Origin: Bacteroidales bacterium
GTDB lineage: Bacteria; Bacteroidota; Bacteroidia; Bacteroidales; UBA932
NCBI GenBank assembly: GCA_012511975.1
Contig: JAAZEZ010000069.1
Span: 1-47,584, forward strand
DNA length: 47,584 bases
Direction: 5' to 3'
This document shows, piece by piece, positions 7,434 through 16,779 of the stretch; positions within the stretch are counted from its first letter, which is position 1, and each line of letters starts with the position of its first letter. The position numbers were made by a program, and so were the translations under genes. The notes beneath the pieces were generated by a model that worked only from the letters and a program-made list of their open reading frames with translations, was not told the DNA's origin and searched no databases.

Positions 7434-8600
7434 ATGGAGCAACGAAAAAGATCAGTAGCCATACTCGGATCCACCGGATCTATCGGCACACAGACCCTCG
7501 ATGTCATTTCGCGCAACAGCGACCTCTTCGAGGTGGACCTGTTAACTGCCAATAACAACAGTACACTACTGATAGAACAGGCGCTCAAATTCAAGCCCAA
7601 TAATGTAGTGATATGCAATCCCTCTAGCTATGATGAGGTCAACGACGCACTTGCACCCCACTATATAAAAGTGTTCCAAGGGATGGAGTCCATCTGCGAT
7701 TTGGTTCAAAGTTCTACTGCAGATATAGTTGTAACCGCGATGGTGGGTTTTAGCGGCCTGCAGCCCACAATTTCCGCCATTAAGGCCGGCAAAATCATAG
7801 CGCTCTCCAATAAAGAGACGCTGGTTGCCGCCGGAGAAATTATCATGTCGCTGTCAGCTGAGTACGGCAGCCCCATCATTCCTGTGGACTCAGAACACTC
7901 CGCCATATTTCAGGCACTCCAGGGGGAGCGTACCCGACCGGAAAAGTTGCTTCTGACAGCTTCCGGAGGTCCTTTTCTTCATACTCCCATAGAAGAACTA
8001 TATAAGGTTACTCGCGATGAGGCTCTCAAGCACCCCCGATGGAAGATGGGTCCCAAGGTGACGCTCGACTCTGCCACTCTGATGAACAAGGGACTGGAAG
8101 TGATAGAGGCGCGCTGGCTCTTCAACATGGACCCGGAGTGTATAGAAGTGGTAATTCACCCTCAAAGCATCATCCAGTCCATGGTACTATTTGAGGATGG
8201 ATGCGTGATAGCCCAACTCAGTTCGCCTGATATGCGGTTACCGATTCAATACGCTCTCTCATACCCCTATCGCATCCCTCTGGATACCCCAAGAATCAAT
8301 TTTACAGAGTTGGGCGAGCTGACCTTCTACGAGCCGGACAAAGAGAGGTTTCCCTGTCTGGCTATTGCCGAAGAAGCTCTCCGCAGTGGAGGAAATGCCA
8401 CCTGTGCAATGAATGGGGCTAACGAGATTGCAGTCGAAGCCTTCCTCAGAGAGAAAATCGGATTTATGGAAATACCCGATATCATCAGCAAGGCGATTGC
8501 AAAGGTTCCATTTATTGAGAAACCCACGCTGGATGATATCTATTGCACAAATTTTGCAGCGAGAGAAGCAACAGAACAAATTATTCAAAACAAACACTAA
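7434..8600 (+). CDS. dxr: 1-deoxy-D-xylulose-5-phosphate reductoisomerase
   Basis: ILGSTGSIGTQTLDV (NADPH-binding), LSNKETLV and DSEHSAIFQ motifs. The conserved dxr-rseP gene order supports the call. Confidence 0.95.
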   Translation: MEQRKRSVAILGSTGSIGTQTLDVISRNSDLFEVDLLTANNNSTLLIEQALKFKPNNVVICNPSSYDEVNDALAPHYIKVFQGMESICDLVQSSTADIVVTAMVGFSGLQPTISAIKAGKIIALSNKETLVAAGEIIMSLSAEYGSPIIPVDSEHSAIFQALQGERTRPEKLLLTASGGPFLHTPIEELYKVTRDEALKHPRWKMGPKVTLDSATLMNKGLEVIEARWLFNMDPECIEVVIHPQSIIQSMVLFEDGCVIAQLSSPDMRLPIQYALSYPYRIPLDTPRINFTELGELTFYEPDKERFPCLAIAEEALRSGGNATCAMNGANEIAVEAFLREKIGFMEIPDIISKAIAKVPFIEKPTLDDIYCTNFAAREATEQIIQNKH

Positions 8601-8620
8601 CGAAATAGACTATAAAGATA

Positions 8621-10050
8621 ATGGTTGTACTAATTAAAATTGTCCAGGTGATTTTTGCGCTCTCCATTCTGGTGCTGGCGCACGAATTAGGACATTTTCT
8701 ATTCGCAAAACTTTTTAAAACCAGGGTTAACAAATTCTATCTCTTTTTTAACCCCTATTTCTCCATTATGCGCGCCAAGAAAATCGACGGCAAATGGAGG
8801 TTCAAATTTTTCTCGAGAAATCTTCCCACCTATGAGGGAAATAATAAAATAGATGTCAATACCCTACCTGAAGATGACTGGAGACGTCATCCCGAGAACA
8901 CGGAATATGGAATAGGGTGGCTTCCTCTCGGAGGCTATTGTGCTATCGCCGGAATGATTGACGAGTCTATGGACAAGGAGGCGATGAAGCTCCCTCCCCA
9001 ACCTTACGAGTTTCGCACAAAGCCCGCCTGGCAGAGGTTTTTCATAATGTTTGGCGGTGTGCTGTTCAACTTCATCCTTGCCGTCCTGCTCTACGGAGCC
9101 ATTATGAATGTATGGGGCGACGAATATCTACGTAATGAAGATGCTATTTACGGTATTGCAGTCAATGATCTTTCATACGAGATAGGATTTCGAAACGGGG
9201 ACAGGATTCTTGACTTTGACGGGGTCCCTACTGAAAACTTCGCTATGCTCCAAGTCGATATGGTTCGTTCTCAGGCAGAAAAAGCTAGGGTCCTCCGTGG
9301 CGAAGATACGTTGACCATCAGCATAGACCCGCAGTACATTGCTGCGATACTCAATACTCCCGGAATGTTTGACCTCGCCTTCCCCTTTGTGGTTGGCGGA
9401 TTCGCCGAAGGCTCCATCAATGCTGATTCCGGACTTGAAATAGGAGATGAAATCAAAGGTATTGACTCTATATCTATGTTCCTGGCGCAAGAGATACGCA
9501 AAGAGTTGGCAAATCACAAGGAGAGCTCGGTTTCCGCTACAGTTAGCAGAAACGGCGATTTGATCGATATACCCCTGCAGGTAGATTCGGCTGGTATGAT
9601 TCAGGTAATGCTGGATACCGACTTGACAAAATTCTTTACTATTACAATTCATGATTACAACTTTTTGACTGCCATTCCTGCAGGCTGCAAAAGGGCATGG
9701 AATAACGTAAGAAATTATGTCCAGGAGCTGGGGCTGCTAATCTCGCCTAAAACGAAGGCCTACAAGTCGGTGGGCAGTTTATAGCCATTGGCAAAATATT
9801 CCCCGGCAAATGGGACTGGTACAGGGTGTGGAACCTGACAGCAATGCTCTCCATCATGCTCGGAGTACTCAATCTGCTACCAATACCGGCATTGGACGGA
9901 GGCCATATTCTATTCCTTCTCATTGAGATCATCACCCGCCGTAAACCCAGTGACAAAGTGTTGGAAGTGGCTCAAACAATAGGTATGATCCTGCTGATCG
10001 CCCTTATGATACTCGCCTTTGGCAATGATATACGAGGATTATTCACATAA
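8621..10050 (+). pseudogene. rseP: RIP (site-2) metalloprotease RseP, M50 family, split into two ORFs (8621..9784 and 9826..10050) by an apparent 1-nt frameshift near 9772-9777
   Basis: HELGHF (HExxH) lies in ORF1 and NLLPIPALDGGH (the LDG motif) in ORF2. The ORF2 frame is open back to 9760 and reads ...GGQFIAIGKIFPGKWDWYRVWNLTAMLS, which continues the protein seamlessly. Adding one base in or near the GGG run (9772..9774) fuses both parts. Confidence 0.85.
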
Positions 10051-10062
10051 TATTATATCACC

Positions 10063-11073
10063 ATGAAAACAAGAAACCTTACCACTTTGATTCTCTTTGT
10101 GATGGTGGCATTAGCCCTCACCGCACTCCAGTCTTGTGGAGAGCAATACGGAAAAGCACTTCCCCCGGCAAGCGGTAAGGCCGGAGAAATCGCTGTCATA
10201 TCTCCCAGGTCTCATTGGGAAGCCGAACCGGGCACCACCATAAGAAGCTTCCTTGCTGCCGAATTTGCCCATCTTCCACAGAAAGAGCCTACCTACACCC
10301 TTTTCAATGTGCCTCCCAAGTCATTCAACAAGGTATTCCAGGTGCACCGCAACCTCCTCAACATTGTCATTTCCGACACGGTCTCTAATAATCGTATCGG
10401 GGTAAGCCGCGATGTCTGGGCCAAATCGCAAATTATGATCTCCGTCTATGCCAAAGATGAAGAAAGCTCAGCAAAACTGATAAGCGAAAATGCCGATAAA
10501 CTTCTCTCTTATTATGAGAATGCAGAGCGTGACCGCGTTATCCAAAATGCGAAAAACCACGCAAATCCTACTCTGAAGAAATATGTCACTACTTTGATAG
10601 GTGGCTCTCCCTATTTTCCGAGGGATTACACGGAAAAGATGCATACGAACAACTTTATCTGGATCTCTTACGAAACATCCTACACCAATCAGGGAATATT
10701 TCTATATACATTCCCCTATCAGGGTGAATGGCAGCTAACTCCGGAATATCTCGTAGCCAGAAGAGATGAATTTCTCAAGGAAAATGTACCCGCTACTTCA
10801 GAAAACAGCTATATGATTACCCATCCTACAGCTAAACCGGGCTTTGTCGTAAAGGAATACAACGATCTTCAATTTATCGAAATGAGGGGGCTCTGGGATA
10901 CCCATAATGATTTCATGGGCGGTCCATTTGTTTCCCATACCTATGTTTCTCCCGACAATAAGTATGTAGTGGTGATAGAGGGATTTGTATATGCTCCCAA
11001 ATATGAAAAACGCAACTATCTGCGCCAAGTGGAATATATCATTTCCTCTTTCGAGTGGGGCAAAGAGGAGTAA
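10063..11073 (+). CDS. Conserved Bacteroidetes lipoprotein of unknown function (possibly DUF4837 family)
   Basis: Lipoprotein signal ...ALTALQSCGE; 336 aa. The family assignment is from memory only. Confidence 0.6.
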   Translation: MKTRNLTTLILFVMVALALTALQSCGEQYGKALPPASGKAGEIAVISPRSHWEAEPGTTIRSFLAAEFAHLPQKEPTYTLFNVPPKSFNKVFQVHRNLLNIVISDTVSNNRIGVSRDVWAKSQIMISVYAKDEESSAKLISENADKLLSYYENAERDRVIQNAKNHANPTLKKYVTTLIGGSPYFPRDYTEKMHTNNFIWISYETSYTNQGIFLYTFPYQGEWQLTPEYLVARRDEFLKENVPATSENSYMITHPTAKPGFVVKEYNDLQFIEMRGLWDTHNDFMGGPFVSHTYVSPDNKYVVVIEGFVYAPKYEKRNYLRQVEYIISSFEWGKEE

Positions 11074-11086
11074 TTATTGGAGAAAA

Positions 11087-11117
11087 TTTGCAATCGTAAA
11101 AATTCTTTATATCTTTG
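11087..11117 (+). promoter_or_regulatory. Candidate Bacteroides sigma-A promoter (-33 TTTG, 19-nt spacer, -7 TATCTTTG) for tRNA-Glu
   Basis: TTTG at 11087..11090 and TATCTTTG at 11110..11117. The tRNA starts at 11149. Confidence 0.5.
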
Positions 11118-11148
11118 CACTCCCCAAAAAATAGAAAAAGCGAGCCAT

Positions 11149-11223
11149 GGTGGGTTCGTCTAACGGCTAGGACTCAAGATTTTCATTCTTGCAATAGGGG
11201 TTCGATTCCCCTACCCACTACCA
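11149..11223 (+). tRNA. tRNA-Glu (anticodon UUC), CCA encoded
   Basis: Hand-folded cloverleaf. Acceptor GGTGGGT/ACCCACT (G1-U72 wobble); D stem GTCT/GGAC; anticodon stem CAAGA/TCTTG with loop TT-TTC-AT; T arm AGGGG-TTCGATT-CCCCT; discriminator A plus CCA. It has the same architecture as E. coli tRNA-Glu. Confidence 0.9.
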
Positions 11224-11245
11224 CAAAAAATAAAAAATTATAATA

Positions 11246-11500
11246 ATGGCAAACCACGCATCAGCAGAAAAGCGTTACCGTCAAAGCGAGAAACGCAGAT
11301 TGCATAACAGGTATTATGCAAGAACCACAAGAAACGCCATCAAGGCAATTCGCAACACAACCGACAAAGCAGCAGCAGAGGCTTCATTGCCCAAGGTGTT
11401 TGCGATGATTGACAAACTGGCCAAGACCAATGTTATTCACAAGAACAAAGCAGCCAATCTCAAGAGCGGCATTGCGATTTATGTGAACAAGCTTTCATAA
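11246..11500 (+). CDS. rpsT: 30S ribosomal protein S20
   Basis: [22 protein letters not shown]...; 84 aa, basic, with the typical S20 N-terminus. Confidence 0.95.
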   Translation: MANHASAEKRYRQSEKRRLHNRYYARTTRNAIKAIRNTTDKAAAEASLPKVFAMIDKLAKTNVIHKNKAANLKSGIAIYVNKLS

Positions 11501-11523
11501 AGGTCTTTTTGAGATAAAAAATG

Positions 11524-11551
11524 AAAACCTTTCCGGCGGAAAGGTTTTTTT
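11524..11551 (+). terminator. Rho-independent terminator after rpsT
   Basis: AAAACCTTTCC-GGC-GGAAAGGTTTT hairpin followed by a T run. Confidence 0.8.
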
Positions 11552-11744
11552 ATGCCCAAAAACTTCATTTCCTCCCTGCCAAAAGCCCTTTATCCTACCG
11601 TCTCCGGCAGCTAAAATGCAATGCAACTATGTGGGTCTGAGATGTTTGATGGCATTTTTTTTGCTTATTATTATTGCAAAGTAATAACAACCTTTATCTC
11701 ACAAACATCACAATTAAATTAATTACTTTTAAACAATTGATGCC

Positions 11745-12284
11745 ATGAAAACTCGATTGATATTTGCAATGGCTCTTATTATGATGGGAACCATTTCTTG
11801 TGAGAAAATAGGTGTCGGAAGTTGGGATGTGCAGGAGAATACCTACCAAGATTTAGTATTTCCAAAGGAAGCCACTCTTACTTTTGTTTCTGAAAAAGAG
11901 GGTAAGTTGAATCTGTTATTGACTTTCGGGGTCGAAGTAGATTTTGATAAAAGAGGAGATCGTTGCAGGGCCAATGTAAGCTTTAACCTCAGAGACGCAC
12001 CTTATAAGGTCAATGGGAAAAGATTACGCATTTGTGCCGATAAACTACACGGATGTGTAACCTACACAGAATCTTATTACGGGTTTACCCATGGAAATCT
12101 TGAGACGATTTGCGGCACCTATTCAGGTGACATTAAGCTCACCAGGACTTCTTACACCAACAGTTCCGCTTTCTCTCCCACCGACCGGCTGAGCGGAAAA
12201 TGGACTATCCGCTTTGAAAGTGATAGCGGAGAAAAACTCCTGTTTGAAGTCGTAGACCCCAACCTGAGAGCGCCCGATTTGTAA
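11745..12284 (+). CDS. Hypothetical lipoprotein
   Basis: Lipobox MALIMMGTISCEK; 179 aa; no recognisable motif. Confidence 0.6.
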   Translation: MKTRLIFAMALIMMGTISCEKIGVGSWDVQENTYQDLVFPKEATLTFVSEKEGKLNLLLTFGVEVDFDKRGDRCRANVSFNLRDAPYKVNGKRLRICADKLHGCVTYTESYYGFTHGNLETICGTYSGDIKLTRTSYTNSSAFSPTDRLSGKWTIRFESDSGEKLLFEVVDPNLRAPDL

Positions 12285-12325
12285 AATAGGCTCTATAAAT
12301 TGTCTTTTTGACATAACGAATAAAG

Positions 12326-12356
12326 AAAACTTTCCAATCTTTGGAAAGTTTTTTTT
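12326..12356 (+). terminator. Rho-independent terminator after the 11745..12284 gene
   Basis: 12-bp stem AAAACTTTCCAA-TCT-TTGGAAAGTTTT followed by a T run. Confidence 0.75.
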
Positions 12357-12376
12357 ATATCGTTAAGGAGCAATTT

Positions 12377-13057
12377 ATGACAAAGAACATCAAATTATTG
12401 CATGCAGAAGAGAGACCACGTGAGAAATTGATGTCCAAAGGGGCTTCTGCCCTCACCTGTGCGGAGCTGATCGCAATCCTGCTGAGATCCGGTCACGCAA
12501 ACCTCAACGCAATCGATCTCTCGAGAGAGATTCTCCTGAAGGCGGGAAACAGCCTCAACATACTCTCGACTTTTACGGCACATCAACTGATGAGAATCAA
12601 CGGAGTAGGTCAGGCCAAGGCTCTCTCAATCCTTGCAGCATTCGAACTCGGGAGAAGAATGGCCGCCGAGATTCCCGAACCGATGCCGCAGATCCACAGC
12701 TCAATTCAGGTAAACGGCATAATGTCGCCCATCATCAGCAATCTCCCCCACGAAGAGTGCTGGGTGCTATACCTCAACCGTTCCAACCGTCTCATAGGCA
12801 AGGAACGAGTCAGCCAGGGCGGTATCAGTTCCACCATATTTGATATCAGAATCATCGTCAAAAAGGCCGTGGAACATCTTGCTACGGGTATAATACTGGT
12901 ACACAACCACCCTTCCGGCAATCCCAGACCGAGTGGTGAAGATATGCGTCAGACCGAAGCCCTGCGTGATGCTGCCGCTTTGTTCGATATTTCTCTTACC
13001 GACCACATTATTATTTCGAAAAACAAATTTTATAGTTTTTCCGACGAAAATTTGTAA
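12377..13057 (+). CDS. radC: RadC-family JAB/MPN domain protein
   Basis: LVHNHPSGNPRPSGED (JAMM motif) and an N-terminal HhH-like region, LLHAEERPREKL. The start was set at ATG 12377, because the TTG at 12341 lies inside the upstream terminator hairpin. Confidence 0.9.
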   Translation: MTKNIKLLHAEERPREKLMSKGASALTCAELIAILLRSGHANLNAIDLSREILLKAGNSLNILSTFTAHQLMRINGVGQAKALSILAAFELGRRMAAEIPEPMPQIHSSIQVNGIMSPIISNLPHEECWVLYLNRSNRLIGKERVSQGGISSTIFDIRIIVKKAVEHLATGIILVHNHPSGNPRPSGEDMRQTEALRDAAALFDISLTDHIIISKNKFYSFSDENL

Positions 13058-13093
13058 CTTAGTAGTCGAGTATAAACAAAACGACCACAGCAT

Positions 13094-13747
13094 ATGAAAA
13101 TCATTAACCTAAGCGAAAAAAACTCCCTCCTCAACCGCTATATTGCGGAACTCAGGGACGTAGTTATTCAGAAAGAGAGTATGCGTTTCCGCAGAAATCT
13201 TGAAAGGATCGGTGAAATCTTTGCTTACGAGATCAGTAAAACCCTCACCTATTCACGCAAAGAGGTGGAAACCCCTCTGGGAATAGCCAATTGCAACCTC
13301 TCAGATGACAAGATAGTGCTCAGTACCATTTTAAGGGCAGGACTTCCGCTGCATCAAGGCCTTCTCAACTATTTTGACAAAGCTGAAAACTCCTTTATCG
13401 CAGCATATCGAAAGTACGGCAAGGACAACAAATTCACCATCCAACTCGAATATGCCAGCACTCCGTCTGTAGAGAATAAGATCGTGATCATTTCCGACCC
13501 TATGCTTGCTACCGGCGCATCTGCTGTACTGGCTTATGACAGACTATTAGAGAGCGGTACTCCGATACACACGCATTTCGTATGTCCTGTCGCGTCAAAA
13601 TACGGTATCGACTACCTCTCCAAGAATCTTCCCCACAAAAAGACGACCTTCTGGACGGCAGCCATAGACGAAGAACTTACCAACAAATCCTACATTGTTC
13701 CCGGACTGGGTGATGCGGGTGACCTCGCTTACGGCGATAAGATCTGA
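13094..13747 (+). CDS. upp: Uracil phosphoribosyltransferase
   Basis: PRPP loop VIISDPMLATGAS and C-terminal IVPGLGDAGDLAYG. Confidence 0.93.
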   Translation: MKIINLSEKNSLLNRYIAELRDVVIQKESMRFRRNLERIGEIFAYEISKTLTYSRKEVETPLGIANCNLSDDKIVLSTILRAGLPLHQGLLNYFDKAENSFIAAYRKYGKDNKFTIQLEYASTPSVENKIVIISDPMLATGASAVLAYDRLLESGTPIHTHFVCPVASKYGIDYLSKNLPHKKTTFWTAAIDEELTNKSYIVPGLGDAGDLAYGDKI

Positions 13748-13756
13748 AAGATCTGA

Positions 13757-15343
13757 CTATTTAAATACCAATTCTCCTTCCACATAGGTGCGGAGAACTC
13801 TTGTGGAGAGGATTTCCCGTTCACTGACAGTCATGATGTCTTTGTCAGTGATGATGAAGTCTGCATATTTTCCGGGCTCGATACTGCCCTTTACATCCTC
13901 CTCAAAAGAGACTTTTGCCGCCCAACAGGTCATTGAGCGCAAGGCTTCTTCTCTTATTAAGGCTTCATCCATGCGGTATCCATCTTCGGGAAGAAAATCG
14001 AGATTTTTGCGAAATACCGCCGCATAAAATGTCTTTATGGGACTGATGTCTTCCACCGGAAAATCGGTACCGGTAGGAATCCATCCGAGTTGATCCATTA
14101 ATTGTTTGAAATTGTATGCGTGTTCAATCCTGTCGCCCAGACGTTCTTCTGCCCAGAACATATCTGAAGTGCAGTGTGTCGGCTGAACGGAGGGTATGAT
14201 TGAGAATTTACCAAATTTGTCCATATCTGCAGGGTTGATCACCTGAGCATGTTCGATACGCCATCTGCGGTCGTTCTCCCCCTTGAGGACTTCACCGTAC
14301 ATATCGAGTGCATAACGGTTGGCAGCATCACCGATAGCATGGGTGGCCACTTGGAATCCATGCTCGTCAGCCCACTGAAGGTAGGCGCGGAAAGCAGCGT
14401 CGTCAGTAACGTGAATGCCACGTGTTTTGGGTGCGTCAGAATAAGGTTTTAACAACAGTGCACCTCGGGAGCCAAGAGCTCCGTCCTGAAAGAGTTTGAT
14501 ACCTGCGATGCGCAAACGGTCGTTGCGATAGGTAGAGGTAAAGTGTTCCATATTGGCTTTCGAGGCCGAGAGATATGCGTCTATACGCAATTTGATTTGG
14601 CCACTTGTGGAGAGTAAGTCATATATCAGGAGATTTCTGAGCGACTCACCCATGGATGAGACGGAGGTCAGACCTGCAGTAAAGCACTTTTCCTGTGCCG
14701 TAAGTATGATAGTAGCCAGTTCCTGGGGAGTATATTCAGGTGTAATATTTCCCAGCGGAGCTGCGGCATCCTCCATAAATAGGCCTGTACCGTTGTCCTT
14801 CATCCCTGCGAGGTTAATGGCAGCCTTGTTGGCAACAGTAGCATGATAGTCCACTCTATTGATAATTACAGGAGTATTGGGAAAAGCCTCGTTGAGACGA
14901 TGGTAAGTAGGCATCGAATTGTCGTCCGTCCATAGATTCTGATCCCATCCTTCGCCTATTATACAGGTCGTATTGCCATCCTGCTGTGCTTTTTTTAGGC
15001 GTTCAATAACTTCTGCGTAGGAAGTGGCACCTCTGAGGTTAACGTTTAGCAGCCCCCTGCCATACGAAGTAAGATGGCCGTGGCAGTCATTAAAGCCCGG
15101 ATAAATGGTAACGGTAGTACCCCTTAAGTCAAGTACATTGTCTGACTTGTAGTCCGCCTTGATATATCTTGTGGAGCCTACAGCTACAAATTTTCCGTCA
15201 TTGACGGCAAATGCCTGCGCTTTGGAAAAATCCTCATTTACAGTGTAGATGTTGGCGTTTATTACAATCATATCAACCTGCTTTTTATGGCCACACCCGG
15301 CAGCAACAAGGCAGATGAAAAGAGGGAGGATTATACGTTTCAT
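13757..15343 (-). CDS. Amidohydrolase family (Amidohydro_3 / YtcJ-like) metal-dependent hydrolase lipoprotein
   Basis: Lipobox LVAAGCG and a metal-binding HxH in GFNDCHGHL. 528 aa, typical for the family. Confidence 0.8.
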   Translation of the reverse strand: MKRIILPLFICLVAAGCGHKKQVDMIVINANIYTVNEDFSKAQAFAVNDGKFVAVGSTRYIKADYKSDNVLDLRGTTVTIYPGFNDCHGHLTSYGRGLLNVNLRGATSYAEVIERLKKAQQDGNTTCIIGEGWDQNLWTDDNSMPTYHRLNEAFPNTPVIINRVDYHATVANKAAINLAGMKDNGTGLFMEDAAAPLGNITPEYTPQELATIILTAQEKCFTAGLTSVSSMGESLRNLLIYDLLSTSGQIKLRIDAYLSASKANMEHFTSTYRNDRLRIAGIKLFQDGALGSRGALLLKPYSDAPKTRGIHVTDDAAFRAYLQWADEHGFQVATHAIGDAANRYALDMYGEVLKGENDRRWRIEHAQVINPADMDKFGKFSIIPSVQPTHCTSDMFWAEERLGDRIEHAYNFKQLMDQLGWIPTGTDFPVEDISPIKTFYAAVFRKNLDFLPEDGYRMDEALIREEALRSMTCWAAKVSFEEDVKGSIEPGKYADFIITDKDIMTVSEREILSTRVLRTYVEGELVFK

Positions 15344-15354
15344 ATGGTTGATTT

Positions 15355-16731
15355 TTAAGAAATTACTTCACAAATCAGAGTGGCTGAGGTGCAGGAGAGC
15401 ACCTTTACTCTGACAAAGTCACCGGCTTTATGGCCGGCAGCGGGGAATACACAAGTCTTATTCTGGGAGGTACGACCCATCAGTTCCTCTTCGGAACGTT
15501 TGGAGGTTCCTTCTACCAGCACCTTGTACTCACATCCTACGGTATACCGGTTATTTTGCAAGGAAATCTCATTCTGCAGAGCTATTATCCGGTTGAGACG
15601 CTCAGTCTTAACCTCCTGTGGAACATCGTCCTTAAATTGTCTTGCAGCTCTTGTGCCGGGTCTTTCGGAGTATTGGAACATAAATGCACCATCAAACTGT
15701 ACCTCTTCCAAGAGGGAGAGAGTTTCAAGATGGTCCTGATCGGTCTCGGAGCAGAATCCCGCTATCACATCGGTTGTGATGGCGCAATCCGGAAGTATTT
15801 CGCGAATCTTATCTATACGCTCCAGATAACTCTCACGAGTATACTTACGATTCATCTTCTCCAGCACAGAGTTGCTGCCCGATTGTACGGGAAGATGGAT
15901 ATGCTTGCAGATATTGTCATACATCGCCATAGTGTAGAGCACACTGTTGCCCATATCTTTAGGGTGCGAAGTGGAGAAGCGTACCCTTACTTTACGATCT
16001 ATCAGTGCCACCTGCTCCAGCAAACGCGCAAAGTTGACCTGGCGGGAGGGGTTGTGAGGGTCCAGCCAAAGGTAGGAATCGACATTCTGTCCGAGGAGGT
16101 TTATTTCCTTGTAGCCATTGGCAATTAGAGATTCTGCCTCTCTGACGATACTCTGAGGATCGCGACTACGTTCTGCCCCACGCACATAAGGGACTATGCA
16201 GTAAGAGCAAACATTGTTGCAACCTCTCATAATCGAGATGAATGCAGTTACACCGTTTCGGTCCATCCGCACCGGCGATATATCAGAATAGGTCTCTTCA
16301 TGAGAAAGATGTACATTGATTTGTCCAGTACCCGCTTTTGCTTCCTCCACAAGACGGGGGAGTTCACGGTATGCATCCGGACCGGCAACCACATCCACCA
16401 CCGGATATTCAAACAACTGATCCTTAAGACGTTCTGCCATGCACCCGATAACCCCTACCACAACATCCGGACGGCGCTTCTTTTCCAGACGAAACAGGTC
16501 AAGGCGTCCGAAAACCCTCTGCTCGGCATTTTCCCTGACGGAACAGGTGTTAACAAGGATCACATCGGCATCCTCCATCTTCTCGCAGAGTGAATAACCG
16601 GCATCCTGCATCACGGAGAGCACTACCTCGCTATCGTTGACATTCATCTGACAACCATACGTTTCGATGTACAACTGTGGCTTGTTAGGATCAAGTATCG
16701 GTTTGACGGAATGGAATTTGTTATCTCTCAT
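15355..16731 (-). CDS. miaB: tRNA-2-methylthio-N6-dimethylallyladenosine synthase
   Basis: N-terminal UPF0004 cysteines (YIETYGCQMN), radical-SAM CxxxCxxC (GCNNVCSYCIVP) and a C-terminal TRAM domain. Confidence 0.93.
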   Translation of the reverse strand: MRDNKFHSVKPILDPNKPQLYIETYGCQMNVNDSEVVLSVMQDAGYSLCEKMEDADVILVNTCSVRENAEQRVFGRLDLFRLEKKRRPDVVVGVIGCMAERLKDQLFEYPVVDVVAGPDAYRELPRLVEEAKAGTGQINVHLSHEETYSDISPVRMDRNGVTAFISIMRGCNNVCSYCIVPYVRGAERSRDPQSIVREAESLIANGYKEINLLGQNVDSYLWLDPHNPSRQVNFARLLEQVALIDRKVRVRFSTSHPKDMGNSVLYTMAMYDNICKHIHLPVQSGSNSVLEKMNRKYTRESYLERIDKIREILPDCAITTDVIAGFCSETDQDHLETLSLLEEVQFDGAFMFQYSERPGTRAARQFKDDVPQEVKTERLNRIIALQNEISLQNNRYTVGCEYKVLVEGTSKRSEEELMGRTSQNKTCVFPAAGHKAGDFVRVKVLSCTSATLICEVIS

Positions 16732-16735
16732 ATCG

Positions 16736-16743
16736 CAAAGATA
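16736..16743 (-). promoter_or_regulatory. Candidate -7 box (TATCTTTG on the minus strand), 4 nt from the miaB ATG
   Basis: Plus strand CAAAGATA at 16736..16743; the miaB ATG is at 16731. It is the mirror image of the plus-strand box at 16753..16760. Confidence 0.35.
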
Positions 16744-16752
16744 AGTTTTTTA

Positions 16753-16760
16753 TATCTTTG
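16753..16760 (+). promoter_or_regulatory. Candidate -7 box (TATCTTTG) for the 16780 lipoprotein gene
   Basis: Exact TAnnTTTG match 19 nt upstream of ATG 16780. Confidence 0.45.
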
Positions 16761-16779
16761 CGAAAACAAAAAGGCTGAT

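Noticed and set aside
9826-10050. 74-aa ORF as an independent small membrane-protein gene
   Set aside because: It contains the NLLPIPALDGGH motif and terminal TM helix of RseP, and its frame continues upstream into rseP. It is the C-terminal fragment of the frameshifted rseP.
11149-11223. G1-U72 wobble at the top of the tRNA-Glu acceptor stem as a sign of a pseudo-tRNA
   Set aside because: All other stems, the loop sizes, U33/A37, the T-loop TTCGATT and the encoded CCA are canonical, and a good promoter precedes it. A single wobble pair does not argue against function.
12341-12376. TTG start at 12341 for radC (the ORF-track start)
   Set aside because: These codons lie inside the terminator hairpin and T-run of the upstream gene. 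ATG 12377 gives the conserved RadC N-terminus.
15430-16128. 232-aa plus-strand ORF (and the 119-aa ORF at 15380..15739) antisense to miaB
   Set aside because: These are shadow ORFs of a well-supported radical-SAM gene, with no recognisable motif or independent promoter context.
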